DNA from: an uncultured archaeon | Lineage (GTDB): Archaea > Asgardarchaeota > Jordiarchaeia > Jordiarchaeales > Jordiarchaeaceae | DNA length: 32,000 nt | Assembly (NCBI GenBank): GCA_964510585.1 | Contig: CAZECW010000212.1 | Span: 13,122 to 45,121 of the forward strand | Direction of reading: 5' to 3' | Shown here: in pieces, positions 27,851 to 32,000 of the stretch | Layout of the letters: each line of letters opens with the position of its first letter | How positions within the stretch are numbered: position 1 is the stretch's first letter | Notes under the pieces: model-generated | Databases searched by the model: none | Told to the model about the DNA's origin: nothing | What the model saw: the letters and a program-made list of their open reading frames with translations, nothing else | Translations under genes and position numbers: made by a program

Positions 27851-29362
27851 TCAAGTTTTTGTGACATCTATAGGGTATGGGGGGTTTGAGACATTGTTGG
27901 GGTCGAGTTTCTTCTTGATTTTTCTTAACAGTAATTGATAGTTACCATAAGAGGGTCCTAGAATATCGTGAGCCGGCCCCGCGGAGCCTGTGACATACAT
28001 TTTCTGCTCTGCGTCCTGTCTTATGCCTATGTTCTGACACTCCATAGCTTCGTCCAGCTGTGTTATTGGATCATAGAGTATGCTGAGTTCAATGTGGCCA
28101 TAATGCCCAAGCTCCAGGGGAATCATATAGTAGAAGTGGATAAAGTCGCGGTATTTTTCCTCTAGAAAAGCTTTAGCTTGCTTAAGCTGGTCTAAGAGCT
28201 TGTCCAGAGACTCTGCCCAAGATCTAAAAACATCGTACCCTCCCATGGGGTTGAGTATGCGCATTGAAACAGCGCTCCTTATTGTCTCGGGGATTCCTTC
28301 CTGAAGCGATTCAACCATCTCGTCTGGTATAAGGTATCCCCTATTTTCCTCGACAATTTTCTGTAAGACTTTCCTGTCGTACTCCATTACTCTTGGAGAA
28401 GTTTTAAAGCTCATGAACAGAATGAACTCCTTTATATCCTTAAATGCTTCAAGGAGGTTGAGGAACTCCTCTCTGCTTTTTGCCATGGGAGCCATAGCCA
28501 TTGTGGTGCTCAAGAGGTGGAGTGACATACCAATCTCGGCTCTACAAATCTCATATAAAGCGTTAACTGCATCCTCAGTGCTGGGAAATATGGCCAAGTA
28601 AAGCTTTGCTAAATCTTTTGGAAATTCAACCACTTTTTCAGGAAACACCCCCCTACAATGGAAGGCCTCTGGCCCCGTCCATGGATACAGTCTAACAGCC
28701 ATCTTTGTAACCACTCCCAGGCCCCCAAGCGCACCCACGTAGCCCCTCATAAGTCCCCTCAAATCGGGACCAGGCCCCTCACCCCAAAAATAATCGTCAC
28801 CATAGCCAGCTGAACCCAGCTTTAGGATTTCCCCGGAAGGTAAAACCCACTCTACACCAAGTACTGCGCGGGCATAATAGGGAATTCTATGCATAGCGAA
28901 GTGTGAACCACAGAAAAGGTGGTTGGCGAGAACAGAAGTGTTTCCGCCACTGGAAGGGACTGGAAGCCACAATCCCCTCTTCATGGCTTCGGCTTGAAGC
29001 TGGGTATAAGTTACATAAGGTTCTATAACGGCGTATTTGTTTTTCTCATCGATTTTTAATATTTTATCCATTCTTTTAAAATCCAGAATTATTGTTTCGG
29101 GATATGTGGCTTGGCAACTCCAGTGTAGGAAGCTTCCAACAGGAATGAAGGGAACCTTATACTTATTTGCAATTCTCACAATGGCTTGAACTTCTTGCAC
29201 GGAGCTAGGCAAGACCACAAAACCGGGTCTTCTCTTCAGCTTCCGACCCAGAATCCAACCCGTTCTGGAGTACGCCTCCAGAACAGCTGGATCATCTGAA
29301 ACATAATCTGGCCCTACAGTTTCTTCAAGCAGCTCATAAATTACTTGGTGGTTAACAGGCAA
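27851..29362 (-). CDS. FAD-binding oxidoreductase (FAD_binding_4 / VAO-PCMH / GlcD-like), second subunit
   Basis: Motifs LDFKRMDKI, EPYVTY, EWVLPSGEILKLG, GALGGLGVVT and LDPNNVSNP. Start set at TTG 29362 because the ORF-track GTG 29374 lies inside an AGGTGA RBS. Confidence 0.88.
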   Translation of the reverse strand: MPVNHQVIYELLEETVGPDYVSDDPAVLEAYSRTGWILGRKLKRRPGFVVLPSSVQEVQAIVRIANKYKVPFIPVGSFLHWSCQATYPETIILDFKRMDKILKIDEKNKYAVIEPYVTYTQLQAEAMKRGLWLPVPSSGGNTSVLANHLFCGSHFAMHRIPYYARAVLGVEWVLPSGEILKLGSAGYGDDYFWGEGPGPDLRGLMRGYVGALGGLGVVTKMAVRLYPWTGPEAFHCRGVFPEKVVEFPKDLAKLYLAIFPSTEDAVNALYEICRAEIGMSLHLLSTTMAMAPMAKSREEFLNLLEAFKDIKEFILFMSFKTSPRVMEYDRKVLQKIVEENRGYLIPDEMVESLQEGIPETIRSAVSMRILNPMGGYDVFRSWAESLDKLLDQLKQAKAFLEEKYRDFIHFYYMIPLELGHYGHIELSILYDPITQLDEAMECQNIGIRQDAEQKMYVTGSAGPAHDILGPSYGNYQLLLRKIKKKLDPNNVSNPPYPIDVTKT

Positions 29363-29769
29363 GGTTCTATTCACCTATCGGAATAAATAGTACTAGAATT
29401 TATAGCTAAAGTTCTGAGATGAGAGGTTGGGTTTGGCCCTTTGAAATCTGAGGAAATTGAATCTCGATTTAATCAATGCTCTTTCCACTTTTTAAATAAT
29501 TCTGTTATAAAAATCGAGATTAAAAATTCCAAAACTTCAAGTTAATTATAATAATTATCTTGGATGTTCTGGGTGCCATATAGTTTAAGCTTTTTTATTC
29601 GTGGCCTAAAGTGTTTAGAAGGAAGTTATATTTCTTACGAGTGGAGAGCATTATTGTTGTGTACGAAACAGTTGTCTGGAATCAAGTATTTGTTTTTGAA
29701 GTTTGTTCAGAAAAAAATGAAAAAAGGGGTGAAGGATTTTTTTCTTTGCAAGTTTATTAGTTGGGGATT

Positions 29770-31560
29770 TTAGTCTGGGGGGATATTTCTAAAGATTTCT
29801 GATAGGTCTATTCCTGCTTTTCTGTTTCGCCTACGCATGTAGAGATAAATTATTGACCCAATAAGGTAAACTATAACTATAACGAGAATTGAGCCTATGT
29901 TGAAGGTTACGAGTGCTCCTAGTATTAAGGGCACCGCAAAAAAGGCTGAGATTATGCCGCATATAGTTATTATGGGAACTCCTCTGATTTTGGGGTTGTA
30001 CGTTCGTTCCGCTAGGTCTTTCCTTCTTCTGTTGAAAAGGATTCCTGCGATAACTGTTAAAACTATAGATAGGATTCCTAGAAAAACTGCGTTAATCGCT
30101 GCCTGAATGGTGCTTATGGAACTCAGAACTATTCCGATAATAGCCACCAGCATAGATATTCCAACGGCGTATATGGGAGTAGTTGTTCTCTCACTCAGAG
30201 TGCTAATTTTCGTGGGCATTATTCTATCGAAACTCCATGCAAAAATATATCTAGAACTGGTAAGCAACATAGGCGTGATGGAATTGATTAGCCAAAGAGC
30301 ACCAGCACCAATTATGAATAACCCTAGCCAGTTTAAGCCAGCAAGTGGAGCAGCAAACAAAGGTATGCTAGCAGGGAAGGGAGTGGGAACTTTTCCCGCG
30401 TAAAGCCAACCTCCATACAGTATCCAGTATTGCAGAGTGTCCTTGGAGAGCATACTACCCCAACCACTAAGCCAAGAAAATTCACCGCTAAACTGGGGTA
30501 ATGACCACCACACCATGCCAAAAATGGGATCCTTAGTGTATATTAGGAAGTCATAGAGTTTGATAAATTCTCCCCAGTTACTCTGAAGAGGATAAAGAAG
30601 CGCAGCATACAGAAAAGCGATGATTGCAATGCTTACCACCATGGCTATGTAGAATGTTCTCCTCGTATCTCTAACCTCTCCACCAATGAGGCTTAGGCTG
30701 TAACCACCACCTAACGCAAACATAGCTATAATTACAGCTGACAAAGTAGCACTCATAGAACCGCTCAAAGAATTGAAATAGTAGGATAACCAGAAATACT
30801 GGACGGGAAACATAAACGCCACACGGAATAGGTCTCCGAAGGCTCCCGGAAGAATGTCCATTGTTGTGCCCCAACCGAAAATGTTATTCCAGGCCCACAG
30901 CATATCGAGGGGAGAGTGGGTTAAAAGAACCCAAATCGTTGCTAGGATACCTATTATGGGAATGATGAAAAGAACACGAATAAGCCACAGGGAAGCTTTA
31001 AGGCTGACGATTAAGAATCCACCGAATATTAGAACCAAAGTTATGCCAAAAAGCACACCCCAGATTGGGTCTGTTAACCATATCGACCAACCTAGTAGAC
31101 TGGGATTCCAGGTGAAAAGGCCGAGCTGCATAACAAAATAGCTAATGAACGAGATAGCCTGATAGGACAATATACCCATGGTGAGGAGAGTGCTAATCCA
31201 AACACCCCAAGATGCAACAAAGCCCAAACCCGGACCTAGAATCCTACTGACAAAAATATAGTCTCCACCACTACGAGGCATAGCTCTTGAAAATATTGCA
31301 TAAACCATGTAAAGGGGAAGCACAAAAATCAATCCAATAAGATAAGATACGGACAGGTTGGCTCCGGGAAAATAGCCGGGCTGCAAAGCCTGAACTGAAA
31401 GGAACAAAATGCCACCGCCGATTACAAGAGAGAAAACAATCATGAAAGCATCCCTAATGCTAACTTCTCGAACCAAACCCGTAGCGTCTCTCGTGAAAAC
31501 AATCCTCCTAGGACGGCTAGCATCACCGGAAGAAGCAGGATTACTGCCTTTTCTATCCAT
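29770..31560 (-). CDS. APC superfamily amino acid/polyamine permease
   Basis: Motifs FTRDATGLVRE, AMPRSGGDYIFVSRILGP, SRYIFAWSFDRIMP and TPIYA, with about 12 or more TM segments. GAGGTG RBS. Confidence 0.9.
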   Translation of the reverse strand: MDRKGSNPASSGDASRPRRIVFTRDATGLVREVSIRDAFMIVFSLVIGGGILFLSVQALQPGYFPGANLSVSYLIGLIFVLPLYMVYAIFSRAMPRSGGDYIFVSRILGPGLGFVASWGVWISTLLTMGILSYQAISFISYFVMQLGLFTWNPSLLGWSIWLTDPIWGVLFGITLVLIFGGFLIVSLKASLWLIRVLFIIPIIGILATIWVLLTHSPLDMLWAWNNIFGWGTTMDILPGAFGDLFRVAFMFPVQYFWLSYYFNSLSGSMSATLSAVIIAMFALGGGYSLSLIGGEVRDTRRTFYIAMVVSIAIIAFLYAALLYPLQSNWGEFIKLYDFLIYTKDPIFGMVWWSLPQFSGEFSWLSGWGSMLSKDTLQYWILYGGWLYAGKVPTPFPASIPLFAAPLAGLNWLGLFIIGAGALWLINSITPMLLTSSRYIFAWSFDRIMPTKISTLSERTTTPIYAVGISMLVAIIGIVLSSISTIQAAINAVFLGILSIVLTVIAGILFNRRRKDLAERTYNPKIRGVPIITICGIISAFFAVPLILGALVTFNIGSILVIVIVYLIGSIIYLYMRRRNRKAGIDLSEIFRNIPPD

Positions 31561-31879
31561 TTAAACGACACCTCTCTAGTTTTTACAATAAAATAGCTTA
31601 ATCTAAAACCTTGTGCAATTTGGTATATAAAAATTCGTACAGTAAAAGTTTGGAAAAGCTATCCGTTGAAACAAATAAAATCGCTTTCACATTTGAGTAA
31701 CCAGACGAGAATTCAAAACTTTTTAAAAACTGTTACTGGTACATAATCACTCCAGAAAAACAGGGAAAAAAAGAACATTTTCAGATAATAGTCCCGTTAG
31801 GAAAACGGTTCCACCTCACCAATTGCAGTTTTTTATTAATAATTTTTCCATGTTTTTCCAAGGAGGAGGGAAAGATTAT

Positions 31880-32000
31880 GTGGTTAAGAGGGTGAGGAAA
31901 ATATTTGAGGGAAGAGTGGGGGACGCTGAGGGCGAGGTGAAGGAGATTATAGACCAGCTTCTAGAGAAACTTAAGCCCCTGAAGGGCAAACACCTAGTAA
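31880..32000 (+). CDS. 5' end of an unidentified CDS running out of the window (MVKRVRKIFEGRVGDAEGEVKEIIDQLLEKLKPLKGKHLV...)
   Basis: GGAGGAGG about 10 nt upstream of GTG 31880, with the frame open to the window end. An in-frame ATG at 31850 is an alternative start. Confidence 0.55.
   Translation, partial: MVKRVRKIFEGRVGDAEGEVKEIIDQLLEKLKPLKGKHLV

Noticed and set aside
29414-29451. TPP-riboswitch-like words CTGAGA...CCCTTTGAAATCTGA
   Set aside because: The P4/P5 and P1 elements are missing, and the motif is on the strand opposite to the flanking genes.
1-32000. Remaining ORF-track entries nested antisense or off-frame within the called genes; CRISPR, rRNA and tRNA search
   Set aside because: The nested ORFs are shadows of well-supported genes. 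No regularly spaced repeats or structural RNA genes were seen.

Overview
A 32 kb gene-dense window from an archaeon. The domain call rests on GGTGA/GGAGG ribosome-binding sites, TATA-box-like promoters, a LipS1/LipS2 lipoyl synthase and an AOR; the lineage cannot be fixed from the sequence. Most genes are catabolic or cofactor-related: two acyl-CoA synthetases, a lipS2-lipS1-lipoate ligase operon, a ferritin-like protein, a canonical IlvD, a ferredoxin plus a divergent AOR-family oxidoreductase, a YbhB/PEBP protein and two paralogous unknown membrane proteins. Further along are a beta-lactamase-family serine hydrolase, a divergent IlvD/Edd dehydratase + Ldh_2 dehydrogenase + PfkB kinase cluster, a MarR-led ABC exporter, a membrane-anchored methyltransferase, an FAD/FAD/Fe-S (HdrD/GlpC-like) dehydrogenase operon and an APC permease. 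The main non-coding finding is a ~276 bp IS200/IS605-type mini-element (23790-24065, minus strand) with both end hairpins intact and no tnpA or tnpB. It carries a TATA box directly upstream of a highly structured omega-RNA-like scaffold that runs into flanking DNA, so it may be a stand-alone TnpB guide RNA. A 46-aa Lys-rich ORF missed by the ORF track lies next to it. Kilobase-scale G+T versus A+C blocks, visible in synonymous codon choice within single genes, recur across the window. No CRISPR array, rRNA or tRNA was found.
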